A stretch of DNA of 64,000 nt, taken from an uncultured delta proteobacterium (GTDB lineage Bacteria > Desulfobacterota > Binatia > UBA9968). The stretch covers positions 32,001-96,000 of the forward strand of contig CAVWLW010000024.1 in assembly GCA_963755715.1 (NCBI GenBank), written 5' to 3'. Shown here in pieces: positions 19,192 to 28,874 of the stretch. The stretch's first letter is position 1. Each line of letters starts with the position of its first letter. Made by a program: the position numbers and the translations under genes. The notes below the pieces were generated by a model. It made no database searches and was not told where the DNA came from. It saw only the letters and a list, made by a program, of their open reading frames with translations.

Positions 19192-20295
19192 ATGCTTATC
19201 CTCAGCAACGAAGAAATCGAGTCGTTTCTTTCTATCAAGGTTTGCATTGATGCCCTGGAAAAAGCCTACCGAAGCTGGGACAAGGGCACGGCGATCAACC
19301 GGCCGCGCACGGATTTGGTCATGCCTTCGTCGAACGAGGCGGGCGTATACGCTTTCAAGTCCATGGAGGCCGGCCTCTATGACCCGCCGATCGTCGCCAT
19401 GCGGGTCAATTCTGACATCATCCGCTGGAACCAACGGGGCAATCGAACGATCAAAACGAAAATTCCCGCGGCGCCCGGCGACAAATACGTCGGTCTAGTC
19501 ATGTTATTTTCGACCATCACCGGCGAACCGTTGGCGATGTTTCCCGATGGTGTGGTGCAGCGTATGCGGGTCGCGTCGAGCAGCGCGTTGGCCGCACGCT
19601 ATTTGGCCCGGGAAGACTCGAGCACGATGGCGCTCTTCGGCTCGGGCTGGCAGGCGGGGAGTCATCTACCCGCCATGTGCGCCGTGCGCCCGATTAAAAG
19701 AGTCAATGTTTTCAGTCCGACCAAAGGCAATCTTGAAGCATTCGTAAAAGAACTCCAGCCCAAGGTCGAGGCCGAAGTGCGAGCGGCGGAAAGTCCCGAG
19801 GACGCAGTGCGCGATGCCGACATCATCGCCACCACAACCAACTCTCTGACTCGCGTCGTCAATCCGGACTGGGTCAAGCCCGGTCTTCATTTGACCTGCG
19901 TCCGGGTGCCGGAACTGGGCGACGAAACGATCCGCAAAGTGGATCGCTTGGTGATTCATGCCCATCAGCATGCGCCATTAAACTACGTCGCCGGCTACGG
20001 CGAAGAAGGCATTCAAGCCCACGATGCGATAGACATCATTAAAAAGGGACCGGCGCATGCCCATGAAATCAATATCGAGCATCCGTTCTGGTTATCCGCG
20101 CCTGCGCTCAAAGAATTGGTGACGGGCAAAGCCGAGCGGCGCGCCAATGCGCAGGAGTCTACTTGTTTCCTCAACAACATCGGCATCGGCTTGCAGTTCG
20201 CGGCCGTCGGCGCGGCTGTCTATAGCGAAGCTAAGGCTAAAGGGATTGGCCGCGAGTTGCCGACGGATTGGTTCCTGGAGAGCGTCCATCCGTAA
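19192..20295 (+). CDS. Ornithine cyclodeaminase/mu-crystallin family protein
   Basis: QRMRVASSSALAARYLA, FGSGWQA, ADIIATTT and GIGLQFAAVG. Confidence 0.88.
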   Translation: MLILSNEEIESFLSIKVCIDALEKAYRSWDKGTAINRPRTDLVMPSSNEAGVYAFKSMEAGLYDPPIVAMRVNSDIIRWNQRGNRTIKTKIPAAPGDKYVGLVMLFSTITGEPLAMFPDGVVQRMRVASSSALAARYLAREDSSTMALFGSGWQAGSHLPAMCAVRPIKRVNVFSPTKGNLEAFVKELQPKVEAEVRAAESPEDAVRDADIIATTTNSLTRVVNPDWVKPGLHLTCVRVPELGDETIRKVDRLVIHAHQHAPLNYVAGYGEEGIQAHDAIDIIKKGPAHAHEINIEHPFWLSAPALKELVTGKAERRANAQESTCFLNNIGIGLQFAAVGAAVYSEAKAKGIGRELPTDWFLESVHP

Positions 20296-20347
20296 ACAAA
20301 AACTTAAGCTTCGTCCCAGAGCTACACAGATTTAGAAGGCCAGTGGC

Positions 20348-21331
20348 ATGGTGCTCCGGTCTTGGATAGCGACCCTACTTCTCATCGCGGTTACAGTTTT
20401 GCCGGCGCGTGGGCAAGACAAACCAAAGATTTATTTCGGCGCATCGAGCAAAACTCTCGGTTATGGCCCGTTATGGGTCGCGGTGAAAAAGGGCTTTCTC
20501 GAACAGCAGGGGCTGGACGGCCAGCTGGTGCTCTTGCGCGGCACGCCGATGAACGTGCAGGCGTTGGCCGCCAATTCCTTGCAGGTGGGCTCGGGCGGCG
20601 CGGAAGCGTTCTACGAAGCATCGGAACGCGGCCTCGACCTGGTCATGATTGGCGGCATCATCAACGGTCTCACGCACGACATCATCGCCGGCAAGAAATA
20701 CAAAAGCATCGAAGATCTGCGCGGCGCGACGTTCGGCGCTTCTTCATTGACCAGCGGCACCGTTACCGCCATGAAGCAGGCGCTCAAGGCGAAGGGGCTG
20801 GAGTATCCGCGCGACTATAAAATCCTTGTGCTCGCCGGCGGGTCGTCGGCCAATCTTGCGGCGCTGCAATCCGGCCAGATCGCGGCAACCACCGTGGCGA
20901 TCCCGCTAAACTATGTTGCCGAGGAAAACGGTCTCAACGTCGTCGGCCGGCTCATCGATGCGGTGCCGGAGTTCGAATTGAGCGCATTGGCGGTGAAACG
21001 ATCCTGGGCGGAAAAAAACCGCTCGTTGGCGGTGCGCTTCATGAAAGCCATCGCCCTGACACACCGCTGGATGTATGAGAACAAAGAGGCGGCGATCGAG
21101 TTTCTCGCGCGCGAGATGCAACTCAAACCGATTTATGCGCGCCGCGGTTGGGAATATTATACCCAGCATCAAATCTGGCATCCGGACGGCGATCTGAGCC
21201 TAAAGGGCACCGAATACGCGATTCGGATCTACATGGAACAGGTCAATGCCAAGGGACCATTAGGGAGTTTGGCAAAATATATAGATCAGAGCTATTTAAG
21301 CGAGGCGCTGAAGGATTTAAACAGGAAATGA
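20348..21331 (+). CDS. ABC solute-binding protein, NMT1/SsuA-like
   Basis: Signal peptide; LWVAVKKGF, EDLRGATFG, LAALQSGQIAA and YIDQSYL. Confidence 0.85.
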   Translation: MVLRSWIATLLLIAVTVLPARGQDKPKIYFGASSKTLGYGPLWVAVKKGFLEQQGLDGQLVLLRGTPMNVQALAANSLQVGSGGAEAFYEASERGLDLVMIGGIINGLTHDIIAGKKYKSIEDLRGATFGASSLTSGTVTAMKQALKAKGLEYPRDYKILVLAGGSSANLAALQSGQIAATTVAIPLNYVAEENGLNVVGRLIDAVPEFELSALAVKRSWAEKNRSLAVRFMKAIALTHRWMYENKEAAIEFLAREMQLKPIYARRGWEYYTQHQIWHPDGDLSLKGTEYAIRIYMEQVNAKGPLGSLAKYIDQSYLSEALKDLNRK

Positions 21332-21523
21332 GTATGCACCTCGCCGTCTTTTATATCTAGCCGGAACAGGTTCATCGCCCGGATAGAGCCGAGTGGCGGT
21401 CTCAATTCTATCGCGCGCCTTGCTCAAACGTTAAACGTTGTTAATTTCTCGAACCACATTGACTGCGACAACCAATCGCGGTACCCATGAAAGGGTCCCA
21501 AAAATGCTGAAAGGAGACAAACA

Positions 21524-22180
21524 ATGGCTATTCGATTAGGTGACGTGGCGCCAGACTTTTCCGCTGATACCAGCGAAGGCAAAATTAACTTTCACGAGTG
21601 GATCGGCAATAGCTTTGCGATTCTTTTCTCGCATCCGAAAGATTTTACTCCCGTTTGCACAACCGAGCTCGGTTACATGGCGGGCCTCAAGCCCGAGTTC
21701 GACAAGCGCAACTGCAAGATCATCGGACTCAGCGCCGACCCGGTGAGTGATCATACAAACTGGGCTAAAGACATTCAGGAGACGCAGGGACATGCGCCGA
21801 ACTACCCGATCATCGGCGACTCGGACTTGGCGGTCGCCAAGCTCTACGACATGCTCCCGGCCAGCGAGACTCCTGGCAAACGCACCGCGGCGGACAACCA
21901 GACGGTACGCTCGGTGTTCGTCATCGGCCCGGACAAGAAGATCAAGGCGATGCTCATCTACCCGATGAGCACAGGCCGCAACTTCGATGAAGTGCTGCGC
22001 CTGCTCGATTCGGTGCAGCTTACCGCCAAGCATACGGTCGCGACGCCCGTCAATTGGAAGCCGGGCCAGGATGTCATCATCCCCACGTCGGTTTCTGACG
22101 AGGACGCCAAGAAGAAGTATCCGCAGGGCTATAAAACGCTCAAGCCTTACCTGCGCGTCGTTTCGCAGCCGAAGAGCTAG
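21524..22180 (+). CDS. 1-Cys peroxiredoxin (Prx6 subfamily)
   Basis: FSHPKDFTPVCTTELG, YPMSTGRNFDE and TPVNWKPG; AAGGAG RBS. Confidence 0.95.
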   Translation: MAIRLGDVAPDFSADTSEGKINFHEWIGNSFAILFSHPKDFTPVCTTELGYMAGLKPEFDKRNCKIIGLSADPVSDHTNWAKDIQETQGHAPNYPIIGDSDLAVAKLYDMLPASETPGKRTAADNQTVRSVFVIGPDKKIKAMLIYPMSTGRNFDEVLRLLDSVQLTAKHTVATPVNWKPGQDVIIPTSVSDEDAKKKYPQGYKTLKPYLRVVSQPKS

Positions 22181-22211
22181 CTTCTCCTGTTCCTAGCGCC
22201 GGTCACACAGA

Positions 22212-22241
22212 CGAGCGGGCGATCGACAGATCGCTCGCTCG
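22212..22241. terminator. Stem-loop downstream of the peroxiredoxin gene
   Basis: CGAGCGGGCGATC-gaca-GATCGCTCGCTCG; no clear U-tract. Confidence 0.45.
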
Positions 22242-22508
22242 CCTAAATCAGCCGACCGCTTCCAATCGCGCTGAGTTCACCGAAAAAATTGCCATCGTTT
22301 TACGATTGACTCCTGGACGATTTCGCCCCAACATTTGCAAAATATTGAAGACGTCGCGGGCGTCATTACTCGGCATTGAAGAAGAGCCGGATGAAAGTGG
22401 CAAAGACTTTCTCAACCGGTTGGCGAGAAGATTTGAAATTTCCTTGCCGAGGAATTGCCTTTGGAAGAGGAACGTTCTCCCCCGGTAACTTACGCGCTGT
22501 ACCTTCAG

Positions 22509-23225
22509 TCAAATGCCCAGATGCTGATGCAGCAACTCGGGCTTGGCTTTCAGCTCTTCTCCGCTTCCTGCAAAAACGACAAGGCCTTTGACGAGAATCA
22601 CGTTGCGATCGGTGAGCGCCGAAAGCGCCGCGAAGTTTTTGTCAACGATGATCGCGGCGATGCCGGACTCGCGCACGGATTTAAGGATTCGCCAGATTTC
22701 TCGCGCGACGAGCGGAGCCAGGCCTTCAGTTGCCTCGTCAAGAATCAGCAGCGTGGGATTGGTCATGAGCGCTCGGCCGATCGAGAGCATCTGCTGCTCG
22801 CCGCCGGAGAGTTGCTGACCGCCATGCGCGAGTCGCTCGGTGAGACGTGGAAAAGTGTCAAGAACGCGCTCGAGGGTCCAGTCTTGCCGGCCACTGGCGC
22901 CGACGCGCGCCGCCATCAACAGATTTTCTCTGACCGTGAGGTTCGGAAAAATACCGCGTCCTTCGGGAACGTAAGCGATGCCCTGACGCGCGATCAGGTA
23001 CGGCGCGGTGTTCGTCATCACACGGCCGTTGATTCTGACGTCGCCGCGGCGCGGCGGAACATGCCCGACCAAGGCGCGAATAAGCGTGGTTTTGCCCATG
23101 CCATTGCGTCCCATCAAACCGATTGATTCGCCGGCGCGCACGGAGAAGTCGACGCCGTGCAAGATATGGCTAGCGCCGTAGTAAGTGTGCAACTCGCGGG
23201 CTTCAATGATCGGGGCGTTGGTCAT
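22509..23225 (-). CDS. livF: Liv-type ABC transporter ATP-binding subunit (LivF-like)
   Basis: Walker A GRNGMGKT, signature LSGGEQQM, LILDEATEGLAP. Confidence 0.92.
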   Translation of the reverse strand: MTNAPIIEARELHTYYGASHILHGVDFSVRAGESIGLMGRNGMGKTTLIRALVGHVPPRRGDVRINGRVMTNTAPYLIARQGIAYVPEGRGIFPNLTVRENLLMAARVGASGRQDWTLERVLDTFPRLTERLAHGGQQLSGGEQQMLSIGRALMTNPTLLILDEATEGLAPLVAREIWRILKSVRESGIAAIIVDKNFAALSALTDRNVILVKGLVVFAGSGEELKAKPELLHQHLGI

Positions 23226-23983
23226 GAAATTTCATCCGAACTGCCAAGATACGCGTTCTGCACTTCGCGATTGGCGCGAATTTCCGCCGGCGCGCCAGTA
23301 GCCAGGACTTTGCCGTTTACCATCACGGTTAGAACGTCAGCCAATTGAAACACCGCATCCATGTCGTGCTCGACCAGCAAGATTGCATGAGTATCCGCGA
23401 GGCGACCGATGAGGTCGACCATTTTTTGAGATTCTTCCGTGCCCATGCCGGCAAGCGGTTCGTCGAGCAATAAGAGCTGCGGCGCGGTGGCAAGACACAT
23501 GGCGAGCTCCAGTTGACGCTGCTCGCCGTGGCTGAGCGCTAAGGCAATATCATCGGTACGGTCCGCCAATTCTACCGCCGCGAGAGCGCGGCGCGCTTGC
23601 TCCATTGCATCGCCATAGCTCGACGCAGCGCGCCACCAGTTCAGCGGGCGGGGTGCGCGCGATTGCGCGGCGAGACGACAATTTTCCAATACAGTGAAGC
23701 CGAGAAAAATATTAGTCTTTTGATAGCTGCGGCCGATCCCTAGACGGGAACGCCGCGCTGTCGGGAATTTCGTAATGTCTTTTTCCCGAAACAGGATGCT
23801 ACCCGAGCTCGTCGGCAAATCGCCCGACAATAAGTTAATAAGAGTCGTCTTGCCGGCGCCGTTGGGTCCGATGACTGCATGCAATTCGCCGGTCCGGACT
23901 TGGAGCGATACGTTGTCGACGGCGGCGAGCCCGCCGAAGTTTTTGCACAGGCCGCGGACTTTTAAAATCTCGTCGCCCGTCAT
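23222..23983 (-). CDS. livG: Liv-type ABC transporter ATP-binding subunit (LivG-like)
   Basis: GPNGAGKT, LSHGEQR, LLDEPLAG and VEHDM; ATG 23983 overlaps the upstream stop (ATGA). Confidence 0.92.
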   Translation of the reverse strand: MTGDEILKVRGLCKNFGGLAAVDNVSLQVRTGELHAVIGPNGAGKTTLINLLSGDLPTSSGSILFREKDITKFPTARRSRLGIGRSYQKTNIFLGFTVLENCRLAAQSRAPRPLNWWRAASSYGDAMEQARRALAAVELADRTDDIALALSHGEQRQLELAMCLATAPQLLLLDEPLAGMGTEESQKMVDLIGRLADTHAILLVEHDMDAVFQLADVLTVMVNGKVLATGAPAEIRANREVQNAYLGSSDEIS

Positions 23984-24987
23984 GTGCCGTCCGTGCGCGC
24001 GCCGCTCGGTCGCCGGTAGGAAATCCGGCGCAAAGCGATATCGAGAAACCCGCCGATGCCGTGCGGAAAAACGAGCACGATCATGACGATCAAGCCGCCC
24101 ATCCCCAACTGCCAATGCTTGGCGTAAGCGCCGAGCAGCGCCGGAGCGGAAAAAATTTCTTGGAGAAGCACGTAAGAAAAAGCACCGAGCACCGCGCCGT
24201 GTAACCGGCCCATACCGCCGAGGATGACCATCATCAGCACGAGACCGGATTGTTGCCAGGCGAGAATATCGGGATTGACGAAACCGAATTGGCAGGCGGC
24301 GAGATAGCCGGCCAGCCCTGCGAGCGCGCCGGCGAGCACGAACGCGCCGAGCTTGTACGCGAAGACGGGGAAGCCGATGGAGCGCATGCGCTGTTCGTTG
24401 AGCCGAATGCCGGCCAAGGCGCGGCCGAAGGGCGCGTGCAACACTCGATGTAAAAAAGCGTAAACGGCGACCAACAGGATGAGCACGAAATAATAAAACT
24501 GCACGGGGTTTTCGATATCCAACGGTTTGAATCCCGCGATGGTTAACTCGGGGCGCACGTAGATGTAAATCCCATCGGAGCCGCCGCCCAGCTTGGTGTC
24601 GTGAAAAACGGAGTAGAGCATCTGCGCGAAGGCGAGAGTGACCATGATGAAGTAAACGCCGGCGGTGCGGACGACGAAAAAGCCGATGATTAGAGCGGTT
24701 AAAGCTGCGACAGCCATCGCCGCCGGCAGCGTGAGCCAGAGATTCGCTGCTTCGTATTTCGGTGAGATCAGCGCGAGGGCGTACGCCGCCACACCGAAGT
24801 AGGCCGCGTGTCCGAGACTGACCAACCCGGTATGCCCAACCAGCAGATCGAGGCTCAACGCGAAAATCGCCATGATCATAATTTTCGCGCCTAGCTGAAT
24901 ATAGAAAGTCGCGCCGATGAGCGGAAAGAGGGCCGCGGCGAGCCCGACGGCGATCAGAACGGTGCGCGGCAGAGTGATCGGGATCAC
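23980..24987 (-). CDS. livM: Liv-type ABC permease (LivM-like)
   Basis: GHTGLVSLGHAAYFG, GVYFIMVTLAFAQ and VILGGMG. Confidence 0.9.
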   Translation of the reverse strand: MIPITLPRTVLIAVGLAAALFPLIGATFYIQLGAKIMIMAIFALSLDLLVGHTGLVSLGHAAYFGVAAYALALISPKYEAANLWLTLPAAMAVAALTALIIGFFVVRTAGVYFIMVTLAFAQMLYSVFHDTKLGGGSDGIYIYVRPELTIAGFKPLDIENPVQFYYFVLILLVAVYAFLHRVLHAPFGRALAGIRLNEQRMRSIGFPVFAYKLGAFVLAGALAGLAGYLAACQFGFVNPDILAWQQSGLVLMMVILGGMGRLHGAVLGAFSYVLLQEIFSAPALLGAYAKHWQLGMGGLIVMIVLVFPHGIGGFLDIALRRISYRRPSGARTDGT

Positions 24988-24994
24988 GGCGCTA

Positions 24995-25852
24995 TCACGC
25001 TTTGTTGGCGATGCCCTGTGGACGCCACAAGAGGATCAGCGCCATTACTAGATAAACGGCGATGGCGGAATACTCCGCGGCGATCACTTTGCCGACAGTG
25101 TCGGCGAAACCGATGGCGAGAGACGCGATCATTGCGCCATTGATCGAACCGATGCCGCCGATCACGACGACGACGAAGCAGATGATCAGGATCTGATTGC
25201 CCATGCCCGGAAATACCGAGGAGATCGGAGCTGCTATGGCACCGGCAAAGGCAGCGAGGCACATGCCAACCGCGAAAACCAAGGCGAACAACAGTGGAAT
25301 ATTTACACCGAGGGAGGCAGCCATCTCGCGGTTGCTGGTGCCGGCGCGAATCATCATGCCGATCCGAGTCTTGTGAATCACGAAGTAGAGCAACCCGGCG
25401 ACTGCGAGGCAGACCGCGGTGATGAACAAACGATAGACGGGGTAGGACAACGTATCGGTGAGCGGGATGGAGTAGTCAAGCAGCGCCGGGATTGCCACGC
25501 CGTGCACTTCATCACCGAACAGAATGCTGCGCAATTCTTCGAAGATCAAAATCAAGCCGAACGTGAGCAAGACTTGATACAAGTGGTCGCGCTTGTACAG
25601 GCGGCTGAAGATTGCCGTCTCAAGCAATAAACCTATGGCGAATGCTATGACGATGCCGATCGGAATCGCCAGCCATAAGCTGCCGGTGAGTTTGGCGAAC
25701 CAATAAGCAAGATAAGCGCCGATCATGTAAAAGCTGCCGTGGGCCAGATTGATCACGCCCATGATTCCGAAGATCAGCGTCAAGCCGCTCGCAAGCAGAA
25801 ACAATAAAAGGCCGTATTGGACGGCGTTGAGTAACTGAATGAGATAGAACAT
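24995..25852 (-). CDS. livH: Liv-type ABC permease (LivH-like)
   Basis: SGLTLIFGIMGVINLAHG, VVVIGGIGS and WRPQG. Confidence 0.9.
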   Translation of the reverse strand: MFYLIQLLNAVQYGLLLFLLASGLTLIFGIMGVINLAHGSFYMIGAYLAYWFAKLTGSLWLAIPIGIVIAFAIGLLLETAIFSRLYKRDHLYQVLLTFGLILIFEELRSILFGDEVHGVAIPALLDYSIPLTDTLSYPVYRLFITAVCLAVAGLLYFVIHKTRIGMMIRAGTSNREMAASLGVNIPLLFALVFAVGMCLAAFAGAIAAPISSVFPGMGNQILIICFVVVVIGGIGSINGAMIASLAIGFADTVGKVIAAEYSAIAVYLVMALILLWRPQGIANKA

Positions 25853-25862
25853 GAGTAGTTTT

Positions 25863-25938
25863 GTTCCAGCAGTTCCAAATGTTTAGCATGAGTCCTCTAA
25901 TCGGGCTAAACGATTGGAACTTTTTGAACGTTTGGAAC
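25863..25938. repeat. Intergenic imperfect inverted repeat built from GTTCCA/TGGAAC units
   Basis: GTTCCAGCAGTTCCAAATGTTTAGC ... GCTAAACGATTGGAACTTTTTGAACGTTTGGAAC, between the SBP and permease genes. Confidence 0.55.
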
Positions 25939-25952
25939 GCGGCGCGTAGCCG

Positions 25953-27143
25953 TTACATTTTACATCCCCGCGCCGGATCGGCCAGGGCTTTGTGCGCGAC
26001 GCTGACGAATTTATTCTCACGGCCGATGACTTTGCGCAGGTAAATGTCCTGAATCGGATTGTGCGCTTTCGACATCGTCCAGGCGCCGCGCGGACTGTCG
26101 ATCTTGGCCTTCTCCATGGCGGCGGTTATTTCCTTGCGCTTGCTAATATCGCCTTTGACTGCGTCGAGCCCGGCGGCGAGCAGCAGGCCGGCATCGTAGC
26201 CCTGCACGGCGTAGACGTCGGGGGCGAACGTATAGGCTTTATAATAAGCGCTGCGGAAGTCGCGGTCGCGTTTTATGTTTAATCCATCGGCGTAGTGCAG
26301 TGTGGTCTCGAGTCCTTGCGCCGCCTCTTCCGTCGCATCGAGCACGCCGTCGGTGAGAAAGCCGGAGCCGAATAGTGGGATGTTTTTTCTCAGCCCCGCC
26401 GCTGCGTAATCTTTGATGAACTTTGCCGCGCCGCCGCCGGCGAAGAACACAAACACGGCATCCGGCTTGATCGAAGCGATTTCGGTCAGCAAAGCTTGGA
26501 ATTCCACATTGGGAAATGGAATCCACAAGCCGCGCACCGATTTGCCGCCGGCTTTGATGAAACCTTCGGTAAACCCTGCGACCGCCTCTTCGCCGGCGCC
26601 GTATTTCCACGCGAGGGAGACAACGTTGCGGATGCCGCGATCGGCGAGCACTTTGCCCATCGGATAGGACGGCTGCCAGTTCGAGAACGAAGTGCGAAAT
26701 ATATTCGGTGAGCACAGCGCCCCGGTGGCGGCATCGAGACCGGCATTGGGAATGATCATGAGCGTATTATTTTCTTTGGCGATCTTTACCATGCCCATTT
26801 GCACGCCGCTATGAACGGTGCCGACCAGCACGTCGACCTTGTCACGCTGCACCAGCTTGTTGGTATTCTCCGGTGCTTTTGCCGGTTCGGCTTCGTCATC
26901 AACCGTAAAATATTCCAGCTCACGTCCGCCGAGCTTGTTGCCGCGCTCGGCGACCGCAAGCTTAAACCCGTTGGTGATGGCGACGCCGAGCTGCGCATAG
27001 GTGCCGGTATAGGGAAGCATCATACCGACGCGGACTTTTTGCGCCTGCGCGAATGCGAATGGCTTCGGCAGCAGCGCGCTGCCACCGAGCAGGGCGGTCG
27101 CGGTCAGGAATTTTCTCCGGTTGATGTTGTGATTGAGTTTCAT
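25953..27143 (-). CDS. Liv-type ABC solute-binding protein, aromatic-acid (benzoate/hydroxybenzoate) type
   Basis: Tat-like NRRKFL leader; MLPYTGTYAQLG, GTVHSGV and FRTSFSNWQ; directly downstream of the benzoate-CoA ligase. Confidence 0.88.
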   Translation of the reverse strand: MKLNHNINRRKFLTATALLGGSALLPKPFAFAQAQKVRVGMMLPYTGTYAQLGVAITNGFKLAVAERGNKLGGRELEYFTVDDEAEPAKAPENTNKLVQRDKVDVLVGTVHSGVQMGMVKIAKENNTLMIIPNAGLDAATGALCSPNIFRTSFSNWQPSYPMGKVLADRGIRNVVSLAWKYGAGEEAVAGFTEGFIKAGGKSVRGLWIPFPNVEFQALLTEIASIKPDAVFVFFAGGGAAKFIKDYAAAGLRKNIPLFGSGFLTDGVLDATEEAAQGLETTLHYADGLNIKRDRDFRSAYYKAYTFAPDVYAVQGYDAGLLLAAGLDAVKGDISKRKEITAAMEKAKIDSPRGAWTMSKAHNPIQDIYLRKVIGRENKFVSVAHKALADPARGCKM

Positions 27144-27160
27144 CTCATCCTCCAGGCCGC

Positions 27161-27185
27161 AGGGCGCAGCATGCTGCGCCCCTAC
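27161..27185. repeat. GTAG-type REP-like palindrome
   Basis: Minus strand GTAGGGGCGCAGCATGCTGCGCCCT; perfect 20-bp palindrome GGGCGCAGCATGCTGCGCCC at 27162..27181. Confidence 0.65.
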
Positions 27186-27207
27186 GATTCTATCACTTTG
27201 GTTATTT

Positions 27208-28759
27208 TTATGTTTTGGCGCGCAGCTTGAAACGTTGAATCTTGCCAGTGGCGGTCTTCGGCAAGTCGTCGACGAATTCGATCCAGCGCGGGTATTTGTA
27301 GGGCGCGAGCCGGCCTTTCACGTATTGTTGAAGATCGGCGGCAAGCGCCGGCGATTGCGCGGTATCGGGACGAAGCACGACGTAGGCTTTGGGTTTGATC
27401 AAGCCGCTTTCATCGGCCTGACCCACGACTGCGGCCTCAAGCACCGCTGCGTGGGACGCCAGAGTGGACTCGACTTCGAAGGGGGAAACCCAAATCCCGC
27501 TCACTTTCAGCATGTCGTCGTTGCGCCCCGAGTAGGTGAAATAACCGTCATCGCTCTCGCTATATTTGTCGCCACTGCGTGCCCACGTACCGAGAAAGGT
27601 GTTGCGGCTCTTTTCCCGGTTGTTCCAGTAATACGCCGCGCTGGTCGGACCGTTGACTTGAAGCTCGCCGATTTCACCTTTCGGCACAGGCTTGCCGTCT
27701 TCATCGACCAAACGGACTTGATAACCCGGCACTGCTTTTCCGGTGGTGCCGTAGCGCACGTCGCCCGGGCGGTTGGACAAAAAGATGTGAAGCATTTCAG
27801 TCGAGCCCAGACCGTCGAGAATATCGACGCCAGTGTGTTCGCGCCAGCGCCTTCCGACCTCGGGCGGCAGGGCTTCGCCCGCCGAGGTGCAGCGGCGCAG
27901 GTTGAGCTCCTCGCGTTTCGGCAGATCGGGACACGATAAAAGCGCGCTATAAAGCGTCGGCACACCATAAAAAATCGTCGGCCGATGCTCGCGCAGCACG
28001 CGGCAAACCGCTTGCGGTGTTGGCCGGTCGCTGAGCAGGACCGTGGTGGCGCCCACCGAGAGTGGAAAGGTCAGGGCATTCCCCAGGCCATAAGCGAAGA
28101 ACAGTTTTGCCGCGGAAAAGACCACATCGTTTTCCTCAATGCCAAGAATCGGCTGGGCATAGAGCTCGGCAGTGCGCATCAGGCTGGTTTGCACATGCAC
28201 GACTCCCTTGGGCGTTCCTGTGGAGCCTGAGGAATAGAGCCAGAAGCAATCGTCGTCGGGGCGCGTCGGCGCGACCGCAAAAAGGGTAGGCGCGCTTGCC
28301 ATCAGGTCGGAGAGGCGCGGATGCGCCGAGCTGTTCGTTCCGGCAACCACGATATGTTTGAGGAACGGTTGATCGCCTAAGATCGGCTTAAACACCGGCA
28401 GCAACGCTTCGGAGACGATCAACGCCTGAGCGCGGCTGTCGCGCAGCATGAAATCAAAATCGTCGCCAGTAAGGAGCGTGTTGACGGCGACCGGAACAAG
28501 TCCCGCTTTGATCGCGCCGAGAAACACGGCCGGGAAGTCGATCGTGTCGAGCAGACACACCAAGATGCGGGTTTCCAGCGCTAAGCCGAGGTTCGTCAGC
28601 GCATTGGCGCAGCGATTGGTTCGTTCCGCAAGGTCGGTGAAAGTGTAACTGCCGCGCTCATCGATGTAAGCGATCTTATGCGGCCGTGCCGTCACGTTCC
28701 GCTCGATCAGGTCCACCGCTGCGTTATAGAGGGGCAATTTTGGCACTTGCGTCGTTCAT
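27208..28759 (-). CDS. Benzoate-CoA ligase family protein
   Basis: YNAAVDL, FWLYSSGSTGTPKG, AKLFFAYGLGN, GSTEMLHIFLSN and LPKTATGKIQRF; probable true start ATG 28759 (GGGAGG RBS) with an extra A at about 28740. Confidence 0.92.
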
Positions 28760-28874
28760 CTTCGCCTCCCAATCGATTCTGGCGCTTGTTCCTTTGATTC
28801 GGGCCGCAGCCATTAGGGACGGCGTTGTTATTACTATAGAAGGGAAGTTGGCGGCAACCTCGCGGCGCAAGATT

